DNA of 63,764 bases, the filler included, from Octopus bimaculoides (taxonomy: Eukaryota): NCBI RefSeq assembly GCF_001194135.2. It is 6 parts of 5 records of this genome, joined end to end, with 100 filler letters (N's around TTAATTAATTAA, not from the genome) between each part and the next. Parts side by side here need not be neighbours in the genome. Positions count along the whole stretch, not along the records: positions 38,831 to 41,684 come from NC_068985.1; positions 41,785 to 61,852 come from NC_068998.1; 4 more parts are not named here. One strand, written 5' to 3'. A program made the position numbers and the translations under genes. Of the stretch, positions 38,899 to 51,803 are shown piece after piece. The notes below the pieces were generated by a model that saw only the letters and a program-made list of their open reading frames with translations, made no database searches and was not told where the DNA came from. Each line of letters starts with the position of its first letter. Positions within the stretch are counted from its first letter, which is position 1.

Positions 38899-39000
38899 TC
38901 ATTCAGTTTTATTTCAAGATATCTTGCCAATAGAGAGTCGGTTTTTCACATAGATTCAAGGCTCCTTCATTGGAATTTTAATATCAACAGGGTATTTTTG
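38899..39000 (-). mobile_element. ~105-bp UTR-only derivative of the RLE element embedded in (TATG)n
   Basis: Aligns end to end with 23139-23248. (TATG)n lies directly on both flanks. Confidence 0.7.
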
Positions 39001-39299
39001 TATGTATGTATATGTATGTATGTATGTATGTATGTGTGTATGCGTGTATGTATGTATGTATATGTGTGTATGTATGTATATATGTGTGTATGTACGTATA
39101 TCGGGTAGAATTAAATATAACAATGTACTAAAAGAGAAATAAAATAAAAAGGCCGGAAGCCTATTAGATTTACAAAGTTACAAAATTAGAAAATTTTTAG
39201 TATTTTTCATGAATTAGTACCGTAAAAGTTTCAGTAAGAGCACAAATTTCGTATTACAATTAGCCAATAATTATGCTAGGAACTTAATATATTACCAGC

Positions 39300-39590
39300 A
39301 ACAAGTTCTCTCTTCACATGTACATGAACCAATCTTACAGGATCCCTTAGGCATAATGATTTCCTCTCAAAATTTGCGGTGTACTGTGCCAATGTTTTCA
39401 CCGATAACAACCATACACCAAAGGGTTAAGTGAGATTACAGGAAATACGTTCAAAATAGAATTTAATCATCACACATACTCTTCAAGAAACATTGACGAA
39501 AGAGCAGACACTAGCTTATCCAAATGTATCTAATCATAAGAATAGAGACAAACCACAAACTTCAAAATCAACCGGAAATTCAAGCGACAT
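39300..39590 (+). mobile_element. Penelope-like element GIY-YIG endonuclease remnant (copy 1)
   Basis: Frameshifted translation LSKFAVYCANVFTDNNHTPKG.../EITGNTFKIEFNHHTYSSRNIDERADTSLSKCI* resembles the PLE motif VY.A.V......YIG.T...FK.R..NH..SF....T.LSK.IW. Confidence 0.55.
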
Positions 39591-39974
39591 CTTGAGAAAG
39601 TTTTGCTGAAGTAGGATCGAGTCGACCAAAGCCTTGTGAGTGAATTTTATAGACTGAAACTGTGTAAAAGCCCGTTATATATGTGTGTGTGTGTGTCCTG
39701 CCCGTAATAACATTATTACGGGCAAAACCATGATATTTAATTAAACGAGTTATAGGTTAATCTGAAATAGTTCCTGTTGCGTTGCAATTTAGGCTATTGT
39801 CTTTCATTATAGCCTCGGGCCAACCTAAATCTTCTGGGTGGATGGAAGCTAAAAGCTTGTCGTATACATACATACATACATACATACATACATACATACA
39901 TACACGCATATATTCTACAAACAGCCAAATGTTTTCTACCAATTCTACACCAGTCCCCATGTCTCTGACAAATA

Positions 39975-40542
39975 ATCAAGGAACAACAAATAATCAACAA
40001 CCGAAGGCAACCACCAAACCTTAAGAAACTTCCAACCAAACCAAGATTCACATCAGAGAAAGAACTGATGCAAGTTACCAAGTGTGGAGACCCCTATGTG
40101 GGACATGTGATTTAATAGAACAGGTACCAGCTAAAAAATTCAAAATGGAAAAGAATTGAAGGTGAATGCAAATATGAACTACAAAAGCAAAAACCTGATA
40201 TATTGTATCACATGCCCACGATGCAACGAACATTATATTGGGGAAACAAAAACGAAATTAACCAACCGTGTAAATGTGCATAGACATCAAATAAAAGATT
40301 CCGCATACCATGTAGCATAGATGCATACCATGTAGCGATCATTTGGACACCTGTGCACAAGGAAAATTCACAATTTTTCCTCTTCATAAAATAAATGAAG
40401 TGAACGACCTTCTCCGGAAGGCAAAAGAAGAATATTTCATAAGATTTCTGAGTCCGAAACTAAACCGGAAATAGTCAACAACGATTTTACTGAAAACAAC
40501 TACCCCTATATATAACACGTGCTTGAAAACGTTAAGAACTGA
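39975..40542 (+). mobile_element. Penelope-like element 3' end: Cys-rich linker plus GIY-YIG endonuclease (copy 2, different family)
   Basis: KCGDP/CGTCDLIEQ..., then NMNYKSKNLIYCITCPRCNEHYIGETKTKLTNRVNVHRHQIK, then IPCSDHLDTCAQGKFTIFPLHKINEVNDLLRKAKEEYFIRFLSPKLNRK* (stop 40472-40474). An internal gcataccatgtagc duplication disrupts the frame. Confidence 0.85.
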
Positions 40543-40984
40543 NNNNNNNNNNNNNNNNNNNNNNNNNNNNNNNNNNNNNNNNNNNNNNNNNNNNNNNNNN
40601 NNNNNNNNNNNNNNNNNNNNNNNNNNNNNNNNNNNNNNNNNNNNNNNNNNNNNNNNNNNNNNNNNNNNNNNNNNNNNNNNNNNNNNNNNNNNNNNNNNNN
40701 NNNNNNNNNNNNNNNNNNNNNNNNNNNNNNNNNNNNNNNNNNNNNNNNNNNNNNNNNNNNNNNNNNNNNNNNNNNNNNNNNNNNNNNNNNNNNNNNNNNN
40801 NNNNNNNNNNNNNNNNNNNNNNNNNNNNNNNNNNNNNNNNNNNNNNNNNNNNNNNNNNNNNNNNNNNNNNNNNNNNNNNNNNNNNNNNNNNNNNNNNNNN
40901 NNNNNNNNNNNNGATTAAGCGATGTAAAGCGTATTTAATCTCCCTACCTTCGTTTTATTTGCTTTTTTCATTTTAAATTTGCTT

Positions 40985-41028
40985 TAACCCTAACCCTAAC
41001 CCTAGGGTTAGGGTTAGGGTTAGGGTTA
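40985..41028. repeat. Interstitial telomere-like repeat: (TAACCC)3-TA-(GGGTTA)4
   Basis: Directly visible. Perfect 38-bp palindrome at 40985-41022 centred on CCCTAGGG. Confidence 0.95.
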
Positions 41029-41599
41029 ATTGTTTCAGAATCGTTTGTTTATGTAGTCGGCACTTAATGTATATCGGCTGAATGGACGTCAGTGATTGGT
41101 TGAAATTACAGAAATACGACAACTTTAACATGGAATAACTTATGGATTTCTTTTTTTTTAAAGAAGACTAAGAGAAAAAGATGTTTTATATGACACATTC
41201 TACCAGTGTTCCAAGTTTCAAAGTGTTTCGTTAATGAAAAATGTGGCCCCCGTTTTAAAAAAGATCCAGGTTCTTTTCTCAATCTTAACTCGTTGAGAAA
41301 AAAATCTTCTCTCCAAATATTATAACAGTATCAAGGAAACTACCCGCGACGGTAAGCTCAGTAAAAAATTTTCTTCATCTGGTGAGAGACAAGTATTGTG
41401 TAATAAACACAGTATATATATTTTTATGAGCAGCTAATAGTTTCTTGCTAAATCAGAACGATCTTAGCTTGTATATACCATATGAGTATAGCCAGAAGAT
41501 TGCATGAAGTCACCAGACATGTTATAGAATGCTGTCTGAATCGTTTTCATTGCATCAAACTATTAATAGCTCATAAAAAATATACTCTGTTTATTAAAC

Positions 41600-41684
<85 letters not shown>

Positions 41685-41792
41685 NNNNNNNNNNNNNNNN
41701 NNNNNNNNNNNNNNNNNNNNNNNNNNNNTTAATTAATTAANNNNNNNNNNNNNNNNNNNNNNNNNNNNNNNNNNNNNNNNNNNNATATAAGA

Positions 41793-41832
<40 letters not shown>

Positions 41833-44734
41833 TCTTTAATTCTTTTATTCTTATATTCTTATTCTTTTACGTGATTCAGTCATTTGACTGCTGTCATGCT
41901 GGAGCACCGCCTTTAGTTGAACAAAATCGACCCCATGAATTATTTTTTGTATGCCTAGTACTTATTCCATCAGTGTCTTTTGCCAACCGCTAAATTACGG
42001 GGAGGTAAACACACCAACATCGGTTGTCAACCGATGGTGAGGGCGACAAACAAAGACACACAAACATACACGTTTGTCTGTCCTTGTTTGTCACCTCTGT
42101 GTGAAGCCCCTTGTAGGCAGTAAAGAAATAAGAAACATCAACGAGCCACACGACCAACTACGATCGACTATTGGTTCACGGGTTAAGCCGATGGATTAAC
42201 AAGGATTCCTTGATAAGTAGATTTCCTACATTCTCTTAGTCGCCAGTCCGGAAGCGTCTATCATGTTGGTAGTGTTGTTTGATTTATAATTCACAAACAA
42301 AAATATCACTAGCGTTTCTTTATGGTTAAAGCTAGTCGGATCACGTACAGTTATCTTATCGTTAATATTTTCGTAACTACATTGTGTGTCAAGCTGATTC
42401 CAAAACGTAGGATAACGTTTTCTCAATCAACATCGTTGATACAATCAACGTCCTCAGCCAAGATAATCTCGATCCGTGTTTATCGAAGATTTTCCATTAT
42501 AAACTAAGCTCCGATGCTCAAGATGCTTGACTTGGAAATATGCATATCAAATCAATTTTAGCATATATATATATATATATATATANNNNNNNNNNNNNNN
42601 NNNNNNNNNNNNNNNNNNNNNNNNNNNNNNNNNNNNNNNNNNNNNNNNNNNNNNNNNNNNNNNNNNNNNNNNNNNNNNNNNNNNNNNNNNNNNNNNNNNN
42701 NNNNNNNNNNNNNNNNNNNNNNNNNNNNNNNNNNNNNNNNNNNNNNNNNNNNNNNNNNNNNNNNNNNNNNNNNNNNNNNNNNNNNNNNNNNNNNNNNNNN
42801 NNNNNNNNNNNNNNNNNNNNNNNNNNNNNNNNNNNNNNNNNNNNNNNNNNNNNNNNNNNNNNNNNNNNNNNNNNNNNNNNNNNNNNNNNNNNNNNNNNNN
42901 NNNNNNNNNNNNNNNNNNNNNNNNNNNNNNNNNNNNNNNNNNNNNNNNNNNNNNNNNNNNNNNNNNNNNNNNNNNNNNNNNNNNNNNNNNNNNNNNNNNN
43001 NNNNNNNNNNNNNNNNNNNNNATATATATATATATATATATATACACACACCTGCATGCATAAACATTATTGGAAACCGCAAAACGTGGTGTTATCAGCT
43101 TTCATAAGTAACCTGATCTAACTTGCAGCATCCTGAACTCGTTGATGCATTCCTGAGGTATGAGAAGATGTGAAACAGCTGCAAATTAACATAAATGATA
43201 TTAATTACACGGTGACGTCTGACTTGAGGTGAGATCTATTTGGAAATATTTTTCTTCTGAAATTTCTTTTGTAAGGTCAAGTTCACTACGAGTGGGAATG
43301 TTGCTTCAAAACCTCCCTGTTATACACCTGTCAGGATTGCAAGAAAATTCGTACCAACGTTCGATGATAATAGTTCAGTGATGGTAACTGTTTAGAGAAC
43401 GCTAATATATATGTGTGTGTGTGTGTGTGTGTGTCTGTCTGTGTGTATGCACTTATGTACATGTATTTACCTATATATACATAATATACATACATACGTC
43501 TCTGTGTACCCGCACGTGTGAGATTGACGCAGTGGAAGAAAGCAAATAATCGATTCAGACAAAATGTCCAACGTTAGAGGTCATGGTAAATAGACAGTAA
43601 CTGATACAGAGGGACGGTTGAGGAGGGGAGGGCAGACTTGAGAGTGAAAGAGAGAAATAGAATATTACTTTCAAAGACCTGACTTATAATTCAGATTGTA
43701 TACTACACAGAGGGTCACTGTCGGTCAAGCCTGACCATGCATCTCCACAAGCGTTTGAAAGCAGGATCAAAAATGTTTCAAAGACACCTGAAAGTAGTCC
43801 ATCTATGCAAGTATGTAAGTCAACCGTCACTAAGCTGTCGATATATATCGAAGGAAACTTTCACTGTTTTGGGCCGATACATCATGGCCTGACACCAATG
43901 GCGCAGCATTAAAGAAAGACGAAACAGTCATTGCAATGCACCTTAGCCGACTGCCTAATCGTAGACCCAATTTGTTAACCCAGATGGTCGCCTTTTTACT
44001 GACCCCGTAAAGTTGAAAGGTAATGTATCCTTTAGTGGCAGTTGAAATCAGAACGAAGAGAAGCGGAGCAAATACCACAGGGCGTCATATCCAACTTGAT
44101 ACCGACAATACCAATTGCTCACATGTATGATGCTTGAACTGCTACATAAATAGTTAGATAGAATAAGAGCATGAATGAAGAAATAAAAAAAAGAAAGAGA
44201 GAAAGGAAGAAACTAAGAGAGAGGTGCACCGCTAGAAAAAATATTCAGTTTTTTAGATTTGTTGTCAGTTTAGAAAACTATTGAAAGAGCAAGAAAGAAT
44301 ACAAGTCTAAATGAGAAAAAATAAAATGGCAAAAATCTCTTGTCTTCATGGGATTTTGTATAGAATGCTTAAAATAAAGAACACTCTAGCGAGAACAGAT
44401 ATGTCTGTTTCTCAATGATTTATTTAAGTGAGTTAGTTCTACAGACTGTTGTGTGTACCTGATATGGCAGCCATTTGTTAAATTTCCTCCATGTTTCAAT
44501 AAAAAAAGGAACTCTCCACGATTTGAAGGATGTATTTGTCAGTAAAAAGATGCCAGAAGGGAAATGAGAGAACAACGAACGTTTTAAATTGATGTTTGAA
44601 GGAAGACAGTGAAATGTATAGAAACTTTTTTCCAACTTCTTTTCTCTCTGGATATTTTTTTTTTCAAAGAAATAATTGCATATAGATGAATAGTTATGTA
44701 GATAAGCTAATGAATAGCTACTACAAGGATACAA

Positions 44735-44820
<86 letters not shown>
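44735..44820. repeat. (AAT)n microsatellite
   Basis: Directly visible. Confidence 0.97.
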
Positions 44821-44821
<1 letters not shown>

Positions 44822-46272
44822 GTATATGCTATATATCAGAATTAAATTTTAAAAGAAAAATTACAATGGCGAAGACATAACACTAAGTTGCGAGGGAAGA
44901 ATAAAAAATAATGCCGTGTAATATGTTTAGAAAAGAAATGAAACCCACATAAAAAAATGATAGGAAGTTTAGGAATAACAATTACTTCCAAAAATGCCGA
45001 TTTGAAGAAAAAAGAGGTGAAAGAAAATTCTTCAAAATTGAAAGAGAAAGAAGTCTATTTCGTTGTTTTATCAATTTTTAGATTTGAAAGCCGCGTATTT
45101 CATTTCATTTAATATTTATTTCTCTATTATACTTCGTATGTTAGATGCGTTGAAGCTTTCTTTAAAACTTTATTTTTCCTTTTCCAAATTAGGTTGGATT
45201 ATAGAACTAGAAATTCTTCAAACTATATATATATATATATATATATATATGGAACTTTCAGAGACATGTTTTGTTCCAGATAAACGATTAGTCTGTCACA
45301 TTTGCAGTATTTAAAATGTGCATTCAAAGTAGTTATTCTGAATGAATTCAGAACCCAGTGCGTGCGTAATCCTACATAATAATCCAATATAATATGTGTT
45401 AGTATAATGTCTTCTCGTTCTAAACTATTTGAAATCATGCTACCTTCTCATAAAACATTCGGCGCATCCACGCTTCTGTTGGATAGCAACTTTTAGACAT
45501 CTCTACTCGAATCTTTCAGTAAATCATTAACCAATTATTTCTGTTCTCCCAGATGATTTCATACCTAACCATCATTCAGTTATTCATCACCACTAATCTC
45601 CCTCGAAAATGCTACATAAATAGTACAGAGCCTCTTTTATACTAGCGAGGTATAACCTTTGTCTATTCAGCACGTATTACCATTACTGTTTATTGCCAAA
45701 AACAAATACATGTTGTCCAAAACAATCTTCATACGACCCACCCAAATCTCTGCATAAGTCATCACCATCACCATCACCTCAACATATGTGACCATCACCA
45801 CCACCAGTTCAGCGAATCAGCTACTTTACTACGATCACCAGACTCGTACATGGTCACGACCATCACCATCCCCGCTACAATGCATCATTATATATATCCA
45901 TCAACACAACCACAGCCTGCGATAACCAACCCACAAACGCATCACTCTCGTTAACCAGAGATCCACCGCCGTCGTCTCAACCACGCCATGTCCAACTTGT
46001 TTTCGCCTCCACCAAGGAACACCAACAACGCCACGATCTACACCTTCACTATCAACATCATTACCACAGTGTATCCCCACACATCCACAAACATACAGAG
46101 AGCCCACCATGATGACACCGCTATACCATTCTCACGAAAAATAAATCCACCACCTGCATCGCTATAAAGCCACATCATGTCCGCTGATACATTCGCATCT
46201 ACCACATAACATCACTCTCGCCAGCATCACCGCAGCTACTATCACCTCCACCGCAATTCTCATAAATGATCG

Positions 46273-46530
46273 GCATTATCAATCTAATGGCGAACCGTTG
46301 TCCAACAGAAGGACAAACTAAAGCCATAGCAGAGATAATTCTCTTCCTTAATTTGCTAATTTCAGAGATAATAAATTACATTTATTTACGTTATGCAAAT
46401 GAGGTAATCACATTATCTATGCTGCGACCAATTTATAAAGGAATTGGATTGGTTCTGTTCAATGAAAAGAAATCTGGGAATTATACCATTGTAGTCTGCC
46501 TGATGTATAAATCTTCCCCTCGCTTAATGA
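46273..46530 (+). repeat. ~250-bp dispersed element, copy 1 of 3 (others ~48090-48300 and ~49290-49525), carrying octamer ATGCAAAT
   Basis: Shared blocks ttatcaatctaatggcgaa, gacaaactaaa, ttaatttgctaattt, acgttatg(c/t)aaatga(g/a)gtaat, ccaatttataaa. Each copy is preceded by CAC/CAT-rich low-complexity DNA. Confidence 0.85.
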
Positions 46531-46949
46531 CGTCAGATCAACCAACCCCGAAATTTGTCACCACGTTTAATACACACCGGCACTGTTTATATAATTTCAT
46601 TCCTACAGTTGTGGTCGTTAGTCTGGTAGCAGCAAGAGAAATACCTACCCATCCCACTCCCCTCCTCCTCCTCCGCCACTTCATCGTTGTCGTTGTCGTC
46701 ATCATCGTCGTCGTCGTCGTAGTCGTCGTCGTATTGTCGTCACCCCCATCGACGTAGTTCTTGTCATCGTCGTAGATATCATCACCGTCGTGATAAACGT
46801 CGTCAGCGTCAGCGTCAAAATCGTCGACATCATCATTATCATCACCATTGCCACAATCTTTACCTTCGTCCTATTCGTCGTCGTCTTCGTCGTCATCCTT
46901 GTATAATCTCAGCGGTTGTAGCGTTAACAACATTAATATTAGTATGCGC

Positions 46950-47495
46950 TGGAGGTGACGATGGACGGCTAAAATTCTTAGCAGTATTTCGTCTGTCTTT
47001 TCCTTCTGAGCCTAAATTCTGCCTTCCATCCTTTTATGGTCGATAGTTTAAGTACCAGTTACGTAGTGAGGTCGATTTAATGGAATAGCCCCCTCTCCAA
47101 AAATTTCAGACCTTGTGCCTAGAATAGAAAAGCATATTACTATAAGACAGTGAGCTGAGGCTTAGCGGCAGTTCGTCAAGAGGCCTAGCGGCAGTTCGTC
47201 CCACTCTACACTCTATGTTCAAATTCCATTCATCCGGCTTTACGTTCTGAGTACAAATGACGTCGAGGTCGACCTTAGACTTCGTATTTTCGGAGTCGAT
47301 AGGCTATGTACCAGTTCCGCACTGGAGTTTCTGGAATCGACACACTACTTTCCATTATATTCATGGCCATCTGTGAAATTTGAAACCAATGTTAATATTA
47401 GTGTAAGGCGGTGAGCTGGCAGAATCTTTAGCACGCCGGATATGAGGCTTTGCGCATCTCGTCCTTCTCTATATTCTGAGTTCAAATTCCGCCCC
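46950..47495 (+). mobile_element. Three consecutive decayed family C SINE copies
   Basis: Repeated ...agcagtatttcgtc / cttagcggcagttcgtc / aaggcggtgagctggcagaatc heads and central domains at ~46950, ~47140 and ~47406. Confidence 0.7.
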
Positions 47496-48625
47496 TACAC
47501 AACCTTATCCATCCCCGGTTCAGGTTACTCTTAATAACCTCATATCCAGCACCATGCAACCGCCAGATCTATCCAACAACATTGCTAACACATATTTTCG
47601 AAACCAGTACCAGACTAGCACCTCAGCTCACCCCACAGCAGAACCCTTATCGTCGGAGAAACCACTGCCTCACCAGCACCTTGACCATACTACATCTTAA
47701 ACTACATCACCACAGCAACAACAACACCGACAGCATCGTAATCCAACATGAAACCATATTGCACCCAGCATTAATATACGTCCATCACCATCATTTACTA
47801 TATCACATTTTTATCATATTGCACATTGCCTCATCATCACCACCACCATTCCCACAGCCGCCACCATATCATTATGACCTGCAATACTACACAGCCATTA
47901 AAACCACAGCCTCCAACACCGTGTTATCTCAGTGATTACTACCGCAGCCACACCTCGCCCAACCTCCAGGTTCTTCCTCTTCAATCCTCATCAACACGAA
48001 ACATCCAATCTATTTACCCCACCCCAATTTATGTAACTCCCACCTGCAAAATCATCAAACCTCCCCCACCAGACCACCCAAACTATGTCGATGGTTTAGA
48101 ACATTTCGACAATGAACGGTTGTTCAGCATAATGACAAACTAAACTAAAGCATTATTAAACACAATTCTCTACGTTAATTTGCTAATTTTCCTAAATTAC
48201 TTTCATTTAACGTTATGCAAATGAAGTAATTATATAATCTATGTTGTGGCCAATTTATAAACGAACAGGAATTACTCTAATATGAAATGTACCTGGGAAT
48301 TAGAATATGTTCATGGCCGCTTTCATTATATCTTAAGTATGTTTATCCTCACTGGGATAACGGGTAATAAAGTTAATCCGCATGGCTACTTATCTTTTCT
48401 TTAACAAGTCGTGGCGTTATTACAATATTGCGTTGCTGGTTCAGCAGTCAAATATGACGATTAGCATTTAGCCCGTGAAGAACACTGGTTGCTTGAATAC
48501 AGTCGTGCCCTCACGCCATCGGTGCATCCGGTACAATACTTTACGGAAGGGTTATCTCGCCGAGGGTTTTCTCTCGTCGTTAAATTCCGTATCACTTGGT
48601 TTCACACGAGTAATTCAATCTTAAT

Positions 48626-48774
48626 TACGCAAGGGGATACTGGAAAGTTCCTGGCTTTAAGGATATCGTGAAAGCCCTCGGAGGAGGCTTAATATTCCAA
48701 GTTTTTTGACAGAGCTTGGAAAAACTGAAGGACCGCTACAATAAAAGCCAGCAACTTTTCAGCACCAACTCGTA
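48626..48774. mobile_element. Mariner-type MITE (~150 bp)
   Basis: Imperfect ~30-bp TIRs (tacgcaaggggatactggaaagttcctggcttta / taaaagccagcaacttttcagcaccaactcgta) with TA at both ends. Confidence 0.75.
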
Positions 48775-50879
48775 TGTAAATGCACAAGCGAAAAGTTTGT
48801 TAGGGCTTTGTACCCTTCTTATAATATCAGAACCTCGTCAACATAGTCGCTCCCGTTGTCTGACCCAAGAACTGTATATTGATCATCGTTCGGGTCATGT
48901 AAAATACTTCTACAACATATGAAACACTTGTAGAAGTCATAAGAAATAAAGTAAAATGATGCCGACATCACCGCCACCAACACACCAAAACCTTTCCGAC
49001 AAATCCCTCACTATGACAACCGATATTACACAGCATGCATCATAAATACATGATTGCCCCACCAACACCACCAACACCATAACCACCACCACCATCACCA
49101 CCACCACCACCATCACCATCACCACCACCATCACAATCACCACCACCATCACCATCACCACCACCACCACTAACAACAACATATTCTGAGATAATCACAT
49201 TATGTATACTGTAGCCAATTTATAACCATTACCACCACCACAACCACCAACACTACCACCAACCATCAGCGCCACCATTGTTAATGGTCGACCTTATCAA
49301 TCTAATGGCGAAAAGTTGTCCAACATAGGGACAAACTAAAGCCTTAACGGAAACAACTCGTTTCCTTAATTTGCTAATTTCAGAGATAATAAATTACATT
49401 TATTTACGTTATGTAAATGAGGTAATCCCATTATCTATACTATTGCCAATTTATAAAGGAATTGGATTCGATCTATTCTATGAAATATTGTTGGGAATTC
49501 GGCCCTTCTCGCCCATTTGATGTAAATCTCCCTTTCATTCGTAATATCCTTATCTTAAATATCCCTAACTCCATTACGATATCAGCTGAAAACATCTGCC
49601 CATCACTTCCTCGTGCTCATTCTGTAACTATTTTCAGCTTATTTTAGAGTGTTGGGTCGCTTGCTTAACGAATAACAATTTCATTATCATTTAACCCATA
49701 AAAGAAGACTGGATGCCGTGGATCAGAACATGCACGCATGCAGGCGGTTCACATCATCTGAAGTTCACTTTTAAGGTAATTGGTCTCATAGACGTTGTTT
49801 AACAAGAAACCGTTGATTTACAAGGGACATGACGATATGTTTGCAGTTCTAACCACTTGGTCTTTATCAGGGTGACAGCAGTGTTGCAGCTCACACAAGG
49901 CTTGAGCTGTAGAATGGAAAGTAATGATGCCTTGATTAATGTAAGTTATACACAGTGAATTGTACATGGGCTATATGGTGGTGAATGTGGATCTCTAAGT
50001 GCTGGGCCTATTGAAATAAAACCTAGTAACAAGCGTAATAATAGTAATAGTAGTAACACTCGTAGCGGCGGCGGCAGCAGCAGTGTTGCTGTGCATTTTA
50101 TCTGGTCCACTCCCCAGGCTGGAATTTTATTCTAATTTTTCTTTTTTTGGCAGCTTTAGTTGCTAACTGTGAGCTACATAGAAACTAACAGCTTATCAAA
50201 TGTCTACGAAACTTCGATATGGGAGAAAACTGAGTTACTCTTGATACTAATAAATCATTAACTTATCGGATACCATTCAATTCTTAGTCTTTATTATTTT
50301 GCAAGCTTACAAACTTCATACACTCGGAACCCCGGATCCTCCTTTCTCTCTCACTCTCTATGCATACATACATACATACATACATACATAACAAAAACGG
50401 CAAATGTATTGGATCATCAGGATCTTTTGAGCATCTGCAAAATTTCTTTCTGATATTTATCTCATTACGTTATGATACCAAGTACAACCGGGGTTATAAT
50501 TCACTCTCAGTTCAGTGAATTTGAAGAAAAAATCGCCCTGTTCAATAACTGTACCGATATAATTAAGGGCATTGGGTTTAGTGAATCGCTAGAGTGTTAT
50601 AGAAAATGCCTTGCGGTATTTATTGTTGCATCACCGAGGTCAACCACATTGGTATTTTAAAATATGAAGGATGTAAGTAATTCTCTTATCGATCCAAAAG
50701 AGTGAAGAGATTGACATACTGAACAGACATCACCTGAGTCAGAATACGGTAAGTTACTAATTATTAGGAGAGATATTCGTTCAATGGAGAAACAGCAGCG
50801 GTTTTGCTCATCATAGATCTTCAATGTCAGTTAATAGAGCTTTGAGCTCCATGGAGATATTTGATGAGTGACATACACC

Positions 50880-51192
50880 ACTCAACTCCGCCTTCATATC
50901 ATCATCATCATCATTATCACTGTCGTAGCTATCATCATCGTCGTCATCATCAACATCATCATAAACACCACTACCGCCACCACTCCCACCATCATCATCA
51001 TTATCATTCTTATCTTCATCATCATCTACTTTCCTCAGCTCTCGTCCCCACCTCCTGCATCGTCTTCTTTTTGTTCGTGGTCTTGTTCTTCTTGGCCTAT
51101 CATTTATTCTACTTCAGACCATTTTTCGCGTTTTTCAACTTAGCCTTTTGGTTTTACATATTGTCTTCTTCTTCTTCTTCTTCTTCTTCTTC

Positions 51193-51224
<32 letters not shown>

Positions 51225-51742
51225 CTTCTTCTTCTTCTTCTTCTTCTTCTTCTTCTTCTTCTTCTTCGTCGTCGTGGTCGTCGTTTTCTACTTTGTCGTC
51301 TTCTTCGTCTTCATCATCATCATGATCATCATCATCATCATCGTCGTCATCATCGTCATCATCATCATCATCATCGTCATCATCATCATCATCATCGTCG
51401 TCATCATCGTCATCATCATCATCATCATCGTCACTTTCACCCTTGCCTTCCGTCTTCATATTTCTGATTGCGTTCTATTTCTTTTGTCTCATTCCATCTT
51501 CTTTCATTTGTTTCTTCTTCAGTTTATTCTTTTCGTTCTTCAAATTCTCCTTTTGCTTTTATACTTCTTCTTCTTCTTAATCTTCTCCTTACACAACTAT
51601 GCCCATTCTTTGTTGTTTTTTTTTTTCATTCCAAGCTTATATTCCAATGTTTTATCCTCCAAACCATAACTGTCTCTTTCTATTCAGCTATTATCAAATG
51701 CTCTGTTTCGTACATTTAATTGGATCAACGAGAGTTTCAGAT

Positions 51743-51800
<58 letters not shown>
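50880..51800. repeat. Compound trinucleotide repeat block: (CAT)n, (TCT)n 51164-51268, (CAT/CGT)n 51311-51430, (CTA)n(CCA)n ~51745-51805
   Basis: Directly visible. It generates the poly-S/F/D/E/H ORFs. Confidence 0.95.

Positions 51801-51803
<3 letters not shown>

Noticed and set aside
40985-41028. Interpretation as a chromosome end-to-end fusion scar
   Set aside because: Only seven units, and the orientation is C-rich then G-rich, the opposite of a fusion junction. Kept as a structural finding instead.
42395-42460. Minus-strand CTGAGGA followed by a 7-bp hairpin (hammerhead-like)
   Set aside because: GAAA does not follow stem II directly and stem I cannot form.
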